A stretch of 64,000 bases of DNA, taken from an uncultured Alphaproteobacteria bacterium (GTDB taxonomy: Bacteria > Pseudomonadota > Alphaproteobacteria > HIMB59 > GCA-002718135). The translations under genes and the position numbers were made by a program. Below, in pieces: positions 31,150 to 45,548 of the stretch. The notes below the pieces were generated by a model. It had not been told where the DNA came from. It saw nothing but the letters and a program-made list of their open reading frames with translations, and ran no database searches. Where the stretch lies: contig CACFLO010000004.1 in assembly GCA_902567135.1 (NCBI GenBank), forward strand, positions 1,023 through 65,022, read 5' to 3'. Numbering within the stretch: position 1 is the first letter of the stretch; each line of letters opens with the position of its first letter.

Positions 31150-32220
31150 ATGTCATCAAACTCTATTGGAAAATTATTCTCATTCTCAACTTGGGGAGAA
31201 AGTCATGGTAAAGCGATAGGATGTGTAATTGATGGAGTTCCATCTAATATTGAGCTTAATGAACAAGATATTCAACCTTACCTTAATAAAAGAAAACCTG
31301 GTCAATCAAAATATACGACTCAAAGAAATGAAGATGATAAGATAGAAATTTTATCTGGTGTTTTTGAGGGTAAGACAACTGGCCATCCAATATCTCTAAT
31401 AATTTATAATAATGACCAAAGATCTAAAGATTATTCAGAAATTAGAGAAAAATTTCGACCTGGTCACGCTGATTATACCTATTGGAAAAAATATGGAATA
31501 AGGGATTACAGAGGTGGTGGTAGATCAAGTGCTAGAGAAACTGCTATGCGAGTAGCAGCAGGAGCTATTGCAAGAAAAGTTATATGGAAAAAAATTGGCA
31601 ATCAAGCCAGAATTACTGGTGCTCTGATTCAAATAGGTAATTCCAAAATAAACTATGATAATTGGAATGAAAATTTCATCTCTGAAAATGAATTTTTTTG
31701 CCCAGATGAAAAAATAATAACTGAATGGAAAAATCTTATTGATAATGCTCGTAAAGATGGATCCTCTTTAGGTGCAATAATAGAAGTTAGAGCATCAGGT
31801 ATACCCGCAGGTCTTGGTGAACCTATATATGATAAGCTAGACTCTGATATTGCAAAAGCATTGATGACAATTAATGCTGTTAAGGGTGTAGAAATAGGTA
31901 ATGGCTTTGATAGTGTTAATGAGGATGGAAAAACAAACGTAGATGAAATGATATTAAAAGACGGTAAACCAAGTTTCTTAAGCAACAATAATGGGGGTAT
32001 TCTTGGAGGCATTAGTTCTGGACAAAATATAGTTTGTCGATTTGTGGTAAAACCAACAAGCTCAATAACATCTGAGAGAAAAACAATTGATATTAATTTG
32101 CAAGAAACAACGATTGCAACAAAAGGACGTCATGATCCTTGTGTAGGTATTAGAGCAGTTCCTGTTGGTGAAGCAATGCTTGCAACCACTATTGCAGATC
32201 ATTGTCTTCGCTATTTCTGA
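31150..32220 (+). CDS. aroC: Chorismate synthase
   Basis: 356 aa; [49 protein letters not shown]. Confidence 0.95.
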   Translation: MSSNSIGKLFSFSTWGESHGKAIGCVIDGVPSNIELNEQDIQPYLNKRKPGQSKYTTQRNEDDKIEILSGVFEGKTTGHPISLIIYNNDQRSKDYSEIREKFRPGHADYTYWKKYGIRDYRGGGRSSARETAMRVAAGAIARKVIWKKIGNQARITGALIQIGNSKINYDNWNENFISENEFFCPDEKIITEWKNLIDNARKDGSSLGAIIEVRASGIPAGLGEPIYDKLDSDIAKALMTINAVKGVEIGNGFDSVNEDGKTNVDEMILKDGKPSFLSNNNGGILGGISSGQNIVCRFVVKPTSSITSERKTIDINLQETTIATKGRHDPCVGIRAVPVGEAMLATTIADHCLRYF

Positions 32221-32954
32221 TACTTGGCAGTAATTAAAAATTCTGTATTCCCTTTTGGGCCTTTGATAGGGCTTTCAATAATATTCAACACTTCACAATT
32301 ACACTCACATTCAAACCATGTTTTGATTTCACCACAAATACGAACATGAATTTCAGAGTTTTTAACTACACCTTTTTTTGTTTCATTTTTTTTTGACTCA
32401 AATTGTGGTTTAATGAGTACAATAATAATACTTTTATTTTTTAGTAACTCTAAACAAGGTAAGATAACTTTTTTAAGACTTATAAAGCTAACATCGCAAA
32501 CTAATAAGTCGATTAATTCACTAATTATATCTCTAGTAAGATAACGAGCGTTTATCTTTTCCAAATTTATAACTATTTTATTTTCTTTTAATTTTTCATG
32601 TAATTGATTTGTGCCAACATCAACAGAAAATACTTTCTTTGCACCTCTTTGAATTAATACGTCCGTAAAACCACCAGTAGATGCACCAAGATCCAAACAT
32701 ACTTGATTTTCTACATTAATATTATTTTCATCAAGTGCTTTAATTAATTTATAGGCTCCTCTAGAAACCCACTTGGGACCAAGATTTATGATTTCAATTA
32801 AAGAGTAAGGACTTATATTAAATCCACTTTTATTGATGATTTTTCCTTCAACAGAGACTTGACCTGCCATAATCATAGATTGAGCTTTTGTTTTAGACTC
32901 AGCTAATTTTCTATCAAAGAGTATTTGATCAAGTCGTATTTTTTTTAAAATCAA
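32211..32954 (-). CDS. tlyA: TlyA-family rRNA 2'-O-methyltransferase (TTG start)
   Basis: 247 aa; N-terminal S4 domain ([27 protein letters not shown]) plus FtsJ-type MTase ([22 protein letters not shown]). The only in-frame start upstream of the S4 domain is the TTG at 32954. Confidence 0.85.
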   Translation of the reverse strand: MILKKIRLDQILFDRKLAESKTKAQSMIMAGQVSVEGKIINKSGFNISPYSLIEIINLGPKWVSRGAYKLIKALDENNINVENQVCLDLGASTGGFTDVLIQRGAKKVFSVDVGTNQLHEKLKENKIVINLEKINARYLTRDIISELIDLLVCDVSFISLKKVILPCLELLKNKSIIIVLIKPQFESKKNETKKGVVKNSEIHVRICGEIKTWFECECNCEVLNIIESPIKGPKGNTEFLITAKYQK

Positions 32955-34872
32955 TTTCTTATATTTTTATTGAAAGATTGAAAATTAATTACGTTATCTT
33001 CATAAATCTGTTTGATCTTTTTGGCAATAGAATCAGCATCCATTCCTATTTCTGCATATTGTTCTTCAGGAGATTGATGGTCTATAAATTTATCTGGAAA
33101 AAAATATTATTTATTTTGGTTGATGTAATCTTAATTCTTTCATTATGAATGTAATTTAAAACACTAGAACTAAACCCACCACTTGAACCTTCTTCAATAG
33201 TAAGCAAGTATTTATGATTATCTAATAATTGTTCTAGTAAATTTGTATCAATTGGTTTTGCAAATCTAGCATCTGCCAAAGTTGGTTGAATTCCATTGGC
33301 ATTAAGAATTTTTATTGCTTCTTGGCAGCTTTGTAACCTTGATCCTAAATTTAAAATCGCTACTTCATTTCCTTCTTCTAGAATAATTCCCTTTCCTATT
33401 TCTATGGGATCAATATTATTATCATTATTATTCATTTCACCTGTTCCTCTTGGATATCTAAATGCCGAAGGTCTATCATTAATAAATACAGTTGTATTAA
33501 TCATTCTAATTAATTCATTTTGATTACTAGGTGCCATGATAATAAAATTTGGAAGCGTAGATAGAAAAGTAATATCATATGATCCAGCATGGGTTGGCCC
33601 GTCTGCCCCAACTAGTCCAGCACGATCAATTGCAAATCTTACAGGAAGTTTTTGTAATGCTACGTCATGAACAATTTGATCATAAGCCCGCTGTAAAAAA
33701 GTTGAATAAATTGCCACATATGGTTTAAAACCTTCTGTAGCAAGTCCTGCAGCCATGGTTACAGCATGTTGTTCAGCTATACCAACATCAAATAACCTAT
33801 TAGGATGCTGAGAATTAAATATATCTAAACCAGTTCCACTCATCATAGCTGCAGTAAGTGCAACAATTTTTTCATCATTTTTAGCAACATTTGATAATGT
33901 TTCCCCAAAAATTGAGGAATATGTTTTTTTATTTGATGAATTTAAAGATTGTCCTGTTTTAACATCAAATTTATTAACACCATGAAATTTATCATCAGAT
34001 TTTTCCGCCGGCTCATAACCATAGCCCTTTTTGGTCACACAATGAAGAAAAATTGGTTTATCAACTGATATGTTTTTTATATTTTCTAAAACTGGAACTA
34101 ATGTTTTAATATCATGACCATCGATTGGTCCTAAGTAATAAAAACCTAACTCTTCAAATAAAGTGCCACCAGCTACTAAACCTTTTGAAAACTCCTCAGC
34201 TTTATACAAAGTTTTAGATACTGAATTTGATAACTTTGATGATATTTTTTTTAATAAACTTCTAACATTTGTATATTGTTTTGAAGAAAGTAATTTTGTT
34301 AAATAATTACTCATTGCACCAACAGGTCTATCAATTGACATTTTATTATCATTTAAAATTACTATCATTTGTTTGTTACTAGCTCCTATATTGTTCAACG
34401 CTTCATATGCCATTCCTGCACTTAGCGCACCATCGCCAATAACAGATATAATTTTAGCATCATCATTATTTAGGTCCTTGGCAACTTTCATACCCATGCC
34501 TGCAGAAATAGATGTAGAACTATGCGCTGTGCCAAAAGGATCATACTCACTTTCACTTCTTTTTACAAATCCATACAATCCATTTTTTTGTCTTAAGGTT
34601 TCAATTTTATTCTTTCTGCCAGTTAGAATTTTGTGAGGATATGATTGATGACCAACATCCCAAATCAATCTATCTCTTGGAGTATTAAAAACAAAGTGTA
34701 AAGCTATTGTTAGCTCCACAACACCTAAGCCTGCACCTAAATGCCCTCCAGTTTTTGAAACAGTTTCAATAGTTTTATATCTAAGCTCATTTGATAAATT
34801 TTCTAATTCGATTAATGATAATTTTCTTAAATCAGAAGGAAAATTAATTTTATCTAAAAGTTTATAAATCAT
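32951..34872 (-). CDS. dxs: 1-deoxy-D-xylulose-5-phosphate synthase, reading frame broken by a 1-nt frameshift in an A7/T7 run at 33098-33104
   Basis: The track ORF 33082-34911 carries all DXS motifs (GGHLGAGLGVVELT, GDGALSAGMAYEALN, AEQHAVTMAAGLA) but ends prematurely at ...KINNIFFQINL*. The next frame continues as PDKFIDHQSPEEQYAEIGMDADSIAKKIKQIY..., the canonical DXS C-terminus, down to the TGA at 32951-32953. The likely true start is ATG 34872 (MIYKLLDKINFPSDLRKL). Confidence 0.9.
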
Positions 34873-34876
34873 AAAA

Positions 34877-35098
34877 CTAAAAATCTTCTTTTGTAACTTT
34901 GTTGTCCTCAATCATTATTTTTTTAATCTGCATTTCAATATCTTTTAGTTTGTTGTCACAAATTTTCTTAATTTTCATGCCTTCTTCATATAGCTTAACT
35001 GACTCTTCTAAACCAATTTCACCAGACTCAAGCTTTTCAACAATTAGTTCAAGTTTTTGCAAATTTTTCTCAAAGCTATTTTCTTTATCTTTGCTCAT
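34877..35098 (-). CDS. xseB: Exodeoxyribonuclease VII small subunit
   Basis: 73 aa; FEKNLQKLELIVEKLESGEIGLEESVKLYEEGMKIKKICDNKL is the typical XseB pattern; common xseB-dxs linkage. Confidence 0.88.
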   Translation of the reverse strand: MSKDKENSFEKNLQKLELIVEKLESGEIGLEESVKLYEEGMKIKKICDNKLKDIEMQIKKIMIEDNKVTKEDF

Positions 35099-35099
35099 A

Positions 35100-35387
35100 T
35101 CATCTACCTATTTTTGATAAGATTTTATTCTCTTTTAAATTATACATAATTAAGTATGAATGGTCATTATCAGAAATAACTATCAATACATTATTTTCAT
35201 CAATTATTTTTAAATCTTTTATATTCTCAGAATTTTTAAGATTTAATGAATAATTTGTTATTTCATTATTTGATAAATCTTTAGTGTTTGAAATTTTAGA
35301 ATACAAACCATATAAAAGAAATGCAAAACATATAAATATTAATATTGCTAATAATATAACAATAAATTTAAGAAAACTATTACTCAT
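35100..35387 (-). CDS. Hypothetical membrane-anchored small protein
   Basis: 95 aa; a single N-terminal TM helix (FIVILLAILIFICFAFLLYGL) then a polar domain. Its stop lies 1 nt before the xseB ATG. No recognisable family. Confidence 0.45.
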   Translation of the reverse strand: MSNSFLKFIVILLAILIFICFAFLLYGLYSKISNTKDLSNNEITNYSLNLKNSENIKDLKIIDENNVLIVISDNDHSYLIMYNLKENKILSKIGR

Positions 35388-36357
35388 GAATGAAACCTAT
35401 ACTCACAAAGTAAATATAAATAAAGAGCTAAGTTCAATTAGACTGGATAAGATCTTAACCAAAAAAGTTGATAAATTATCTCGTATGCAAATTAAAACGT
35501 TGATCAAAAGTGGGAATGTTAAATTAAACAATATTCCAATACTTGACCCGTCATATTTAGTAAGAGAAAACGATAGTTTTGAAATATCTATATTAAAACC
35601 TGAAGACACAAAATATAAAGCAGAAGATATAGCTCTAAACATTATATATGAGGATGATGATTTAATTGTAATTAATAAGCAAGCGGGAATTGTAACTCAT
35701 CCAGCGCCTGGAAATCAAACAGGCACATTAGTTCAAGCATTAATTCATCATGCAAAAAATAACCTAAGTGATGTTAATGGAAATAGTAGGCCTGGGATTG
35801 TTCATAGATTAGATAAAAATACTAGCGGATTAATGGTAATTGCAAAAAATAATTTTACACATATGCATTTAGCTAATCAGTTCAAAATGCATTCAATTAC
35901 TAGAAAATATCAAGCAATTATTTGGGGAGTACCTTCCAATCAAATTATAGAAGGATACATTGAAAGACATAAAATAAATAGAAAAAAAATGAGCTTAAAT
36001 AATAAAGAAGATGGAAAGTTTTCAAAAACAGAAATAAAGTTGATTAAATCTTTTCAAAACTCTTCTTTAATTGAATGTACACTTCATACAGGAAGGACAC
36101 ATCAAATAAGGTTGCATTTAACATCAATTAATTCACCTGTAGTAGGTGATGAAATTTACGGTAAAAACAAAATTAGTAAATATGGGTTAGATAAAAAAAA
36201 TTTTAATAAATTTTTGATTTTAAAAAACTTTCAACGACAAGCATTGCATGCAGTTCATTTAGGTTTTTTTCATCCAAAATTAAATAAAAATATGCAATTT
36301 AACTCAAATTTGCCTGAAGATATGGAGAATTTACTAGATTTCTTAATAAAATATTAA
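35386..36357 (+). CDS. rluD: RluA-family 23S rRNA pseudouridine synthase (RluD-like)
   Basis: Start taken at ATG 35386 (MNETYTHKV); the upstream extension in the track overlaps the divergent gene. Has an S4 domain (IRLDKILTKK), the catalytic HRLDKNTSGLMVIAKN motif and GRTHQIRLH. Confidence 0.88.
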   Translation: MNETYTHKVNINKELSSIRLDKILTKKVDKLSRMQIKTLIKSGNVKLNNIPILDPSYLVRENDSFEISILKPEDTKYKAEDIALNIIYEDDDLIVINKQAGIVTHPAPGNQTGTLVQALIHHAKNNLSDVNGNSRPGIVHRLDKNTSGLMVIAKNNFTHMHLANQFKMHSITRKYQAIIWGVPSNQIIEGYIERHKINRKKMSLNNKEDGKFSKTEIKLIKSFQNSSLIECTLHTGRTHQIRLHLTSINSPVVGDEIYGKNKISKYGLDKKNFNKFLILKNFQRQALHAVHLGFFHPKLNKNMQFNSNLPEDMENLLDFLIKY

Positions 36358-36387
36358 TTTCGATTTTAAATATGATATAGGGCAAGG

Positions 36388-39612
<3,225 letters not shown>

Positions 39613-39623
<11 letters not shown>

Positions 39624-40968
39624 GATTAATCCTTATATCTTTTTCTATTGTTTTTGCTTTTGCTTGAACTAATTCTAAGTCTTTTCCCTCAACTAATATT
39701 CTTATTAAAGGTTCTGTGCCAGATAACCTTATCAATAATCTAATATTTTTATCTTTAATTTTTTTGTTGTTGAGATTTTTAATATATTTAAGACAATTTT
39801 TGGATATTTTTGTGTAAGGTATATTAATTTTAATTTGAGGAAAATTATTATATAAATTAAAAATTGAGCTAACTGGTTTTTTTAATTTTGATATTATTTC
39901 CATTACTTTTAATGCTGCCAAAATTCCATCTCCTGTTTTTGAATACTCAGATAAAATTATATGACCAGATTGTTCGCCTCCTAAAATCGAGTTGTGTTTT
40001 TGCATTTCATTTATGACATTTATATCTCCTACCGATGAACGTTTTAATTTAATTTTTAAATTACTTAAAAGATAATTTTCTAATCCAAAGTTTGACATTA
40101 CTGTAGTAATAATGGGAAACTTAGTTTTTGTGTTATTTAAATTTATAAGATGTTTAGCAAATAATGCAATTATTTTATCACCATCAATTTCTTCGCCTTT
40201 TTCATTAACTATTATCAATCTATCTCCATCGCCATCAAAAGCAAAACCTATATCAGCTCTTTCCTTTATTACTTTTTTTGATAATTCATTTATGTTTACG
40301 GCTCCACAATTAAAATTAATATTTTTTCCATTAGGTTTATCATTAATACACACAACTTCATGACCTAGTTCCCAGAAAATATGAGGGGCTATTTCATAAG
40401 TTGCGCCATTCCCACAATCTAAAACTATTTTTAATTTTCTTATTTTTATATTCTTTTGTAATGTATTTTTTAAAAATTCAGAATATCTGCCTGAAGCATC
40501 CTCAAGTCTAATAGCTTTTCCTGTAATAAACTTACTATTAATAATTTTAGAATATTGTTTTTTATTTAAAATAATATCTTCAATCTTATTTTCTAATTTT
40601 GTACTTATTTTATACCCATCTGAATTAAAAAATTTAAGACCATTATATTCAAATGTATTATGAGATGCTGTAATCATTACACCTATATCTGCTCTTAAAG
40701 ACCTCATTAAATGTGGGACTGCAGGAGTTGGTAACGGTCCAACTAGCACAACTTCCATACCCATTGAAATAAATCCTGCTGTAATTAAAGGTTCATAAAG
40801 ATAACCTGATAATCTAGTATCCTTACAAATTATTACTCTTGAATTTTTCTTTTTTCTAGATTTTAATAAGTATCCTGCAGCTTTAGAAATTCTTAGAGTT
40901 GTTTCTGGAGTTAGAGGCTCTTCATTAACTAAGCATCTTATACCGTCAGTACCAAATATTTTGCCCAT
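39613..40968 (-). CDS. glmM: Phosphoglucosamine mutase
   Basis: 451 aa; MGKIFGTDGIRC, active-site ITASHNTFEYNGLKF, FDGDGDRL, GGEQSGH. Confidence 0.94.
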
Positions 40969-41015
40969 ATACCCTTTTATTGAATATATTAAATAAAATA
41001 AAGAGGTATGATTTA

Positions 41016-42917
41016 TTAGTTGGGTTGGGGGGCAGTTGTTCCACCAGATTTAGGAACTGAAGTATGAGTGGTCGAGGCAGCTGAAGTTGTATCGTCAAAA
41101 TCATCACGAGAAGGTTTGATTCCTTTAATTAAGTCTTTAATTTCATCACCACTTAAAGTTTCGAATTCTAACAAACCTTTGGCAACAATATGTAATTCTT
41201 CAATATTGTCTTGAAGAATTTTTCTACATAATTTGTCAGCTTCATCAGCCAAAAACCTCACCTCGTCATCGATAATTTTAGCTGTTGAATCTGAGAGATT
41301 CTTTGATTGTGCAACTGAGTGACCCAAAAATACTTCTTCGCTGTCATTATTATATCGTAAATTACCAAGTTTTTCGCTCATACCCCATTCAGTAATCATT
41401 TTTCTTGCAAGGTTGGTAACCATTTGTATGTCACTTGCAGCACCGTTTGTAATTTTGTCTTTACCAAAAATCATTTCTTCAGCTATTCTTCCTCCAGTGG
41501 CTATAACTAAATGTGCTTTCATTTGATCTACCCTCATTGAGAATTGATCTTTTTCAGGGAGTCTCATTACCATTCCAAGAGCTCTACCTCTTGGAATAAT
41601 TGTAGCCTTATGAATTGGGTCAGATGCAGGTGAATGAAGAGTTGCAACTGCATGACCAGCTTCATGATAAGCAGTTAATTTTTTTTCATCTTCCGACATG
41701 ACCATAGACCTTCTTTCAGACCCCATCATCACTTTGTCTTTAGCATTTTCAAAATCTTCTAATGTAACCATTCTTTTATTTTTTCTTGCCGCCAATAAAG
41801 CAGCTTCATTGACTAAGTTAGCTAAATCAGCACCAGAAAAACCAGGCGTACCTCTTGCAATAATTTTAGAGTCAAACTTTGGTGAAACCTTAATTTTTTT
41901 AATATGGACTTTCAATATTTTATCTCTACCGATTATGTCAGGATTAGATACAGTAATTTGTCTATCAAATCTTCCTGGTCTTAAAAGTGCTGGATCCAGT
42001 ACATCTGGTCTGTTAGTTGCTGCAACAATAATTACGCCAGCGTTTGCTTCAAAACCATCCATTTCGACAAGCAATTGATTTAGAGTTTGTTCTCTTTCAT
42101 CATTTCCACCACCTAAACCTGCCCCTCTATGTCTACCTACTGCATCAATTTCATCGATAAATATAATGCAAGGAGCATTTTTTTTTCCTTGTTCAAACAT
42201 ATCTCTTACTCTACTTGCACCAACACCAACAAACATTTCGACAAAGTCGGAACCTGATATTGAAAAAAAAGGAACATTAGCTTCTCCTGCAATGGCTCTA
42301 GCTAAAAGAGTTTTACCGGTTCCAGGAGGGCCAACTAATAAGGCTCCGGTTGGTATCTTTCCTCCAAGTCGTGAGAATTTTTTTGGATCCTTTAAAAATT
42401 CAACTACTTCTTCTAGTTCTTGCTTTGCCTCATCAATTCCAGCCACATCATCAAATGTAATCTTGCCAATAGCTTCATTTAACAATTTTGCTTTTGATTT
42501 TCCAAAACCCATTGCTTTTCCTCCACCTGATTGCATTTGTCTCATGAAGAAAATCCAAACACCAATTAACAGCAACATAGGGAACCAGGATAGTAAAACA
42601 CTTAAAATCGGATGCATAGATCGCTCAGATGGTTCAGCGACTATTTTTACACCAGATTGATTTAATTTATCGACTAAATCAGGGTAATTAGGTGAGTATG
42701 TTGAGAATGATCTTCCATCTTCAAAGAAGCCTGATACATTATTTCCAACTATTTTTACTTCTGAAATATTGCCATTATCTGCAGCTATAAGAAAATCAGA
42801 AAAAGATATTTCTTTAGATTGATTAGTAGAAGAGCTGTTTTGAAATAAATTAAAAAGAGCAATTAAAAGCAACCCTATCACAACCCATAAAATGATGTTT
42901 TTACTAAAATTTTTCAT
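41016..42917 (-). CDS. ftsH: ATP-dependent zinc metalloprotease FtsH
   Basis: 633 aa; two N-terminal TM helices, AAA+ Walker [12 protein letters not shown], the SRH, and Zn site HEAGHA. Confidence 0.97.
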   Translation of the reverse strand: MKNFSKNIILWVVIGLLLIALFNLFQNSSSTNQSKEISFSDFLIAADNGNISEVKIVGNNVSGFFEDGRSFSTYSPNYPDLVDKLNQSGVKIVAEPSERSMHPILSVLLSWFPMLLLIGVWIFFMRQMQSGGGKAMGFGKSKAKLLNEAIGKITFDDVAGIDEAKQELEEVVEFLKDPKKFSRLGGKIPTGALLVGPPGTGKTLLARAIAGEANVPFFSISGSDFVEMFVGVGASRVRDMFEQGKKNAPCIIFIDEIDAVGRHRGAGLGGGNDEREQTLNQLLVEMDGFEANAGVIIVAATNRPDVLDPALLRPGRFDRQITVSNPDIIGRDKILKVHIKKIKVSPKFDSKIIARGTPGFSGADLANLVNEAALLAARKNKRMVTLEDFENAKDKVMMGSERRSMVMSEDEKKLTAYHEAGHAVATLHSPASDPIHKATIIPRGRALGMVMRLPEKDQFSMRVDQMKAHLVIATGGRIAEEMIFGKDKITNGAASDIQMVTNLARKMITEWGMSEKLGNLRYNNDSEEVFLGHSVAQSKNLSDSTAKIIDDEVRFLADEADKLCRKILQDNIEELHIVAKGLLEFETLSGDEIKDLIKGIKPSRDDFDDTTSAASTTHTSVPKSGGTTAPQPN

Positions 42918-42966
42918 TTGTAACTATTACATAGGAGTTAAAACTAAAAACACAATAGTTTTTGCC

Positions 42967-43929
42967 CTATTTTTGAAAAAATGTAAGCAAATCATCGTTT
43001 TTTTTTATAGATACACCAGTCAGATTAAAGATCTTAAAACTAGATTTTTTCATCTCACTAATGAAAAGTTTAATTTTTGAGCTTCTTGCTTTGTATTTGT
43101 TATCTGAAAAAAATTTTAAACAAAGCAAAATAATTTTTTCAATTATAAGATCATCAAATTTTAAAAGAGTATTTCTTTTAATTTTAATGCTCTTAGGCTT
43201 AATTTCAGCTACAGTATCGATTAAACATTTCCATATCATATATCTATAATAAGGCATTTCTTTTTTCAAATTCATAAAATCATTTTTAATTAATTTTTTA
43301 TATTTATTATTTTGTAGAAAATTTCTTACTTTTACTCTTGTATAATTCACATCTTTATTTGATGGATCATTTACAAAAATTAATTTATTTTTTTTATTAA
43401 AACTAAGTATTGATTTTTTTTTTATTTTAATAAAAGGTCTTAAAATTTGTATTTTTTTAAAATAAGTAATTTCTTCCATTGATCCCAAACCTTCAAAATT
43501 GCTACCATTTATTTTTCTAATTAAATACGTCTCCAAATTATCATCAAAATGATGGCCTAAAAATAAATGGTGGATATAATTTTTTTTACAAAAAGTAATT
43601 ATTCCATCAAACCTATTGTTTCTTGCATGTTCCATATTTTTTTTGATTAATGTATTTTTTTTTATTTTTAAAATTCTAGGGTTTATATTTAAATCCCTTA
43701 AAATATCTCTCACATAGTAAGACTCTTTCTCTGAATTATTTCTAATTTTATGATCAAATATGAGGGCGGATAATTTACCTTGTTTTGATTTAATCCATTT
43801 ATTGATAAGATAAACAAGAGCAATACTATCTGGTCCTCCAGATACACCCACAGCAACATGTGGGTATTTTTCAAAACATTTTAAATTATTAAGATAGGAA
43901 AAAAAATTAATGTCATTTAATAACATCAA
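42967..43929 (-). CDS. tilS: tRNA(Ile)-lysidine synthase (short form)
   Basis: 320 aa; PP-loop VAVGVSGGPDSIAL, HHFDDNLET. Lies directly upstream of ftsH, as in many bacteria. Confidence 0.85.
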   Translation of the reverse strand: MMLLNDINFFSYLNNLKCFEKYPHVAVGVSGGPDSIALVYLINKWIKSKQGKLSALIFDHKIRNNSEKESYYVRDILRDLNINPRILKIKKNTLIKKNMEHARNNRFDGIITFCKKNYIHHLFLGHHFDDNLETYLIRKINGSNFEGLGSMEEITYFKKIQILRPFIKIKKKSILSFNKKNKLIFVNDPSNKDVNYTRVKVRNFLQNNKYKKLIKNDFMNLKKEMPYYRYMIWKCLIDTVAEIKPKSIKIKRNTLLKFDDLIIEKIILLCLKFFSDNKYKARSSKIKLFISEMKKSSFKIFNLTGVSIKKNDDLLTFFQK

Positions 43930-44849
43930 TTTTCAGATTCACATTCCATATTATCTTTTATTTTATCGGGATCTTTTGTAAATTTGTTTCCTTTATAGTT
44001 TTGATTTAATATTAATAAGGTTTTGCATGCTTCAGAAAATTTATTCATTTCTTTTAAAGATTTAGATAACTCATAATACATTTCAGCCGCCTTTATACTT
44101 TGGGGAAAACGCTGAACACCCTCTCCAAATACAATAGCTGCTTTTCTATAATTTGACTCAAATAGATAAATTTTTCCTAACCAAAAATGTGCTGATCCGG
44201 AAAGTTGATTTTCTGGGAAGTTTTCAATAAATTCTTCAAGAGAAATCTTAGATTTATCATAGTTTTTTTTCATCATTTGATCCAATGCGGCTTGTAATTG
44301 CTCTTCAGGTGTCAAATTATTTAATTCTTTATCTTGATTTATCATTTTTTCTTCTAAAGTTATTTCTTCATTATTAGAAATTTCATTTGTATTTTCAGAT
44401 ATGACTAGTTTTCCTAACGTATTTTCTTCTTCTCCATCTAATGTTGTTGATTTTTCTTTTCCACTAGATTCAATATTTTGAATTTCTATTTTATTCTTGA
44501 TTTCATTTAAATTTAAATTCATATCATTTTCAAGTTTTTGGATATAATTAGAAAAATCATCCAATTTAAATATAATTTCCTCAAATTGAAGAGTTAGATT
44601 TTTTATATCTTTTTCTAAATCATACATTCTAATATCAATAGAAGTAAATCTTTCTGCATCATCTTGATTATTTTTTAAATTCAAATCATTGCTATCAAAT
44701 GATTTATTAAAAACAGCTTTATTTAAATCACTTACTTCTTGCTTAATACGATCAAGTTGTTGTTTTACAGTGAGTGATTCCTCAGCACTTAATGAATAAA
44801 AACATAAATTAGCAAAGACAAAAAAAATTATAGGTAAAAAGTATTTCAT
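43926..44849 (-). CDS. cpoB: Tol-Pal system protein CpoB/YbgF (coiled coil + TPR)
   Basis: 307 aa; signal peptide, long coiled coil, acidic linker, C-terminal TPR-like block (AHFWLGKIYLFESNYRKAAIVFGEGVQRFPQSIKAAEMYYELS). Lies downstream of pal. Confidence 0.8.
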   Translation of the reverse strand: MKYFLPIIFFVFANLCFYSLSAEESLTVKQQLDRIKQEVSDLNKAVFNKSFDSNDLNLKNNQDDAERFTSIDIRMYDLEKDIKNLTLQFEEIIFKLDDFSNYIQKLENDMNLNLNEIKNKIEIQNIESSGKEKSTTLDGEEENTLGKLVISENTNEISNNEEITLEEKMINQDKELNNLTPEEQLQAALDQMMKKNYDKSKISLEEFIENFPENQLSGSAHFWLGKIYLFESNYRKAAIVFGEGVQRFPQSIKAAEMYYELSKSLKEMNKFSEACKTLLILNQNYKGNKFTKDPDKIKDNMECESEN

Positions 44850-44876
44850 TGCAAAAATTATATTATTTTTTATTTA

Positions 44877-44909
44877 GACAAAAATAAGGCGCTATAAAAA
44901 TATAGCGCC
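44877..44909 (-). terminator. Rho-independent terminator downstream of pal
   Basis: Minus-strand RNA GGCGCUAUA-UUUU-UAUAGCGCC (perfect 9-bp stem, 44888-44909) followed immediately by UUAUUUUUG; located 15 nt after the pal stop. Confidence 0.75.
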
Positions 44910-44924
44910 ATTATTGAAAATAAT

Positions 44925-45440
44925 TTAGTTTACTATTGTTACTGATCTTCTATTTTGAGCCCAGGCACCATCATTGGAACCTACTACAGCTGGTCTTTCT
45001 TTTCCATAAGATATTGTTGAAACTCTATCTGCAGAAATTCCTAAATTTATAATGTAATTTTTAACCGACTGTGCTCTTTTTTCACCTAATGCAAGGTTAT
45101 ATTCTCTTGTGCCTCTTTCATCACAATGACCTTCAACAATAATAGAAACATCAGAATATTGTTTAAGCCAAGCCACCTGATCCTGAAGTAGTTCTTGAGC
45201 ATCAGTATCTAATTCAGAGCTGTCATAGTCGAAGAAGACTCTATCACCAACATTTACAATTAGATCCTCTTGTGAACCTGGTTCTATTGAAGCTGATTCT
45301 GTAGTTTCAGCGCTCGAAGACACATCTGAAGAAGTAGAAGTAGAACCTGATCCTGATGAGTCTGCAGTATCTTTTGGAGTTGTTGAACAAGCTGCTAAAA
45401 AAAATACTAAAAGTGCGCTCGCTAGTAATTTTATAATCAT
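44925..45440 (-). CDS. pal: Peptidoglycan-associated lipoprotein Pal (OmpA family)
   Basis: 171 aa; lipobox LAAC, Ser/Thr-rich linker, OmpA-like domain (VFFDYDSSEL, GHCDERGTREYNLALGEKRA, NRRS). Confidence 0.93.
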   Translation of the reverse strand: MIIKLLASALLVFFLAACSTTPKDTADSSGSGSTSTSSDVSSSAETTESASIEPGSQEDLIVNVGDRVFFDYDSSELDTDAQELLQDQVAWLKQYSDVSIIVEGHCDERGTREYNLALGEKRAQSVKNYIINLGISADRVSTISYGKERPAVVGSNDGAWAQNRRSVTIVN

Positions 45441-45548
45441 ATAAAAACTCTCCCGATGTGTAATATCAATAAAAATCTATACTTTAATTACCACTTTTTT
45501 TATTAATTCATATATATTTTTTTTAAAAATTTATATTTTTCCTTAAAA

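Noticed and set aside
42166-42660. 164-aa and 126-aa (41698-42078) plus-strand ORFs within ftsH; 151-aa ORF (47124-47579) within tolA; 119-aa ORFs within aroC (31653-32012) and suhB (56634-56993); 121-aa ORF within fdsA (17567-17932).
   Set aside because: All are antisense shadows of well-supported genes. None has start context, motifs or an independent intergenic location.
42929-42956. Sigma-32-like promoter motif upstream of ftsH (minus strand aTTG-N17-CCTATGT, resembling the alphaproteobacterial CTTG-N17-CYTATNT).
   Set aside because: The -35 is imperfect, and the -10 ends only 11 nt from the ftsH ATG, leaving an essentially leaderless mRNA. The match is short enough to arise by chance in AT-rich DNA, so it is not reported as a feature.
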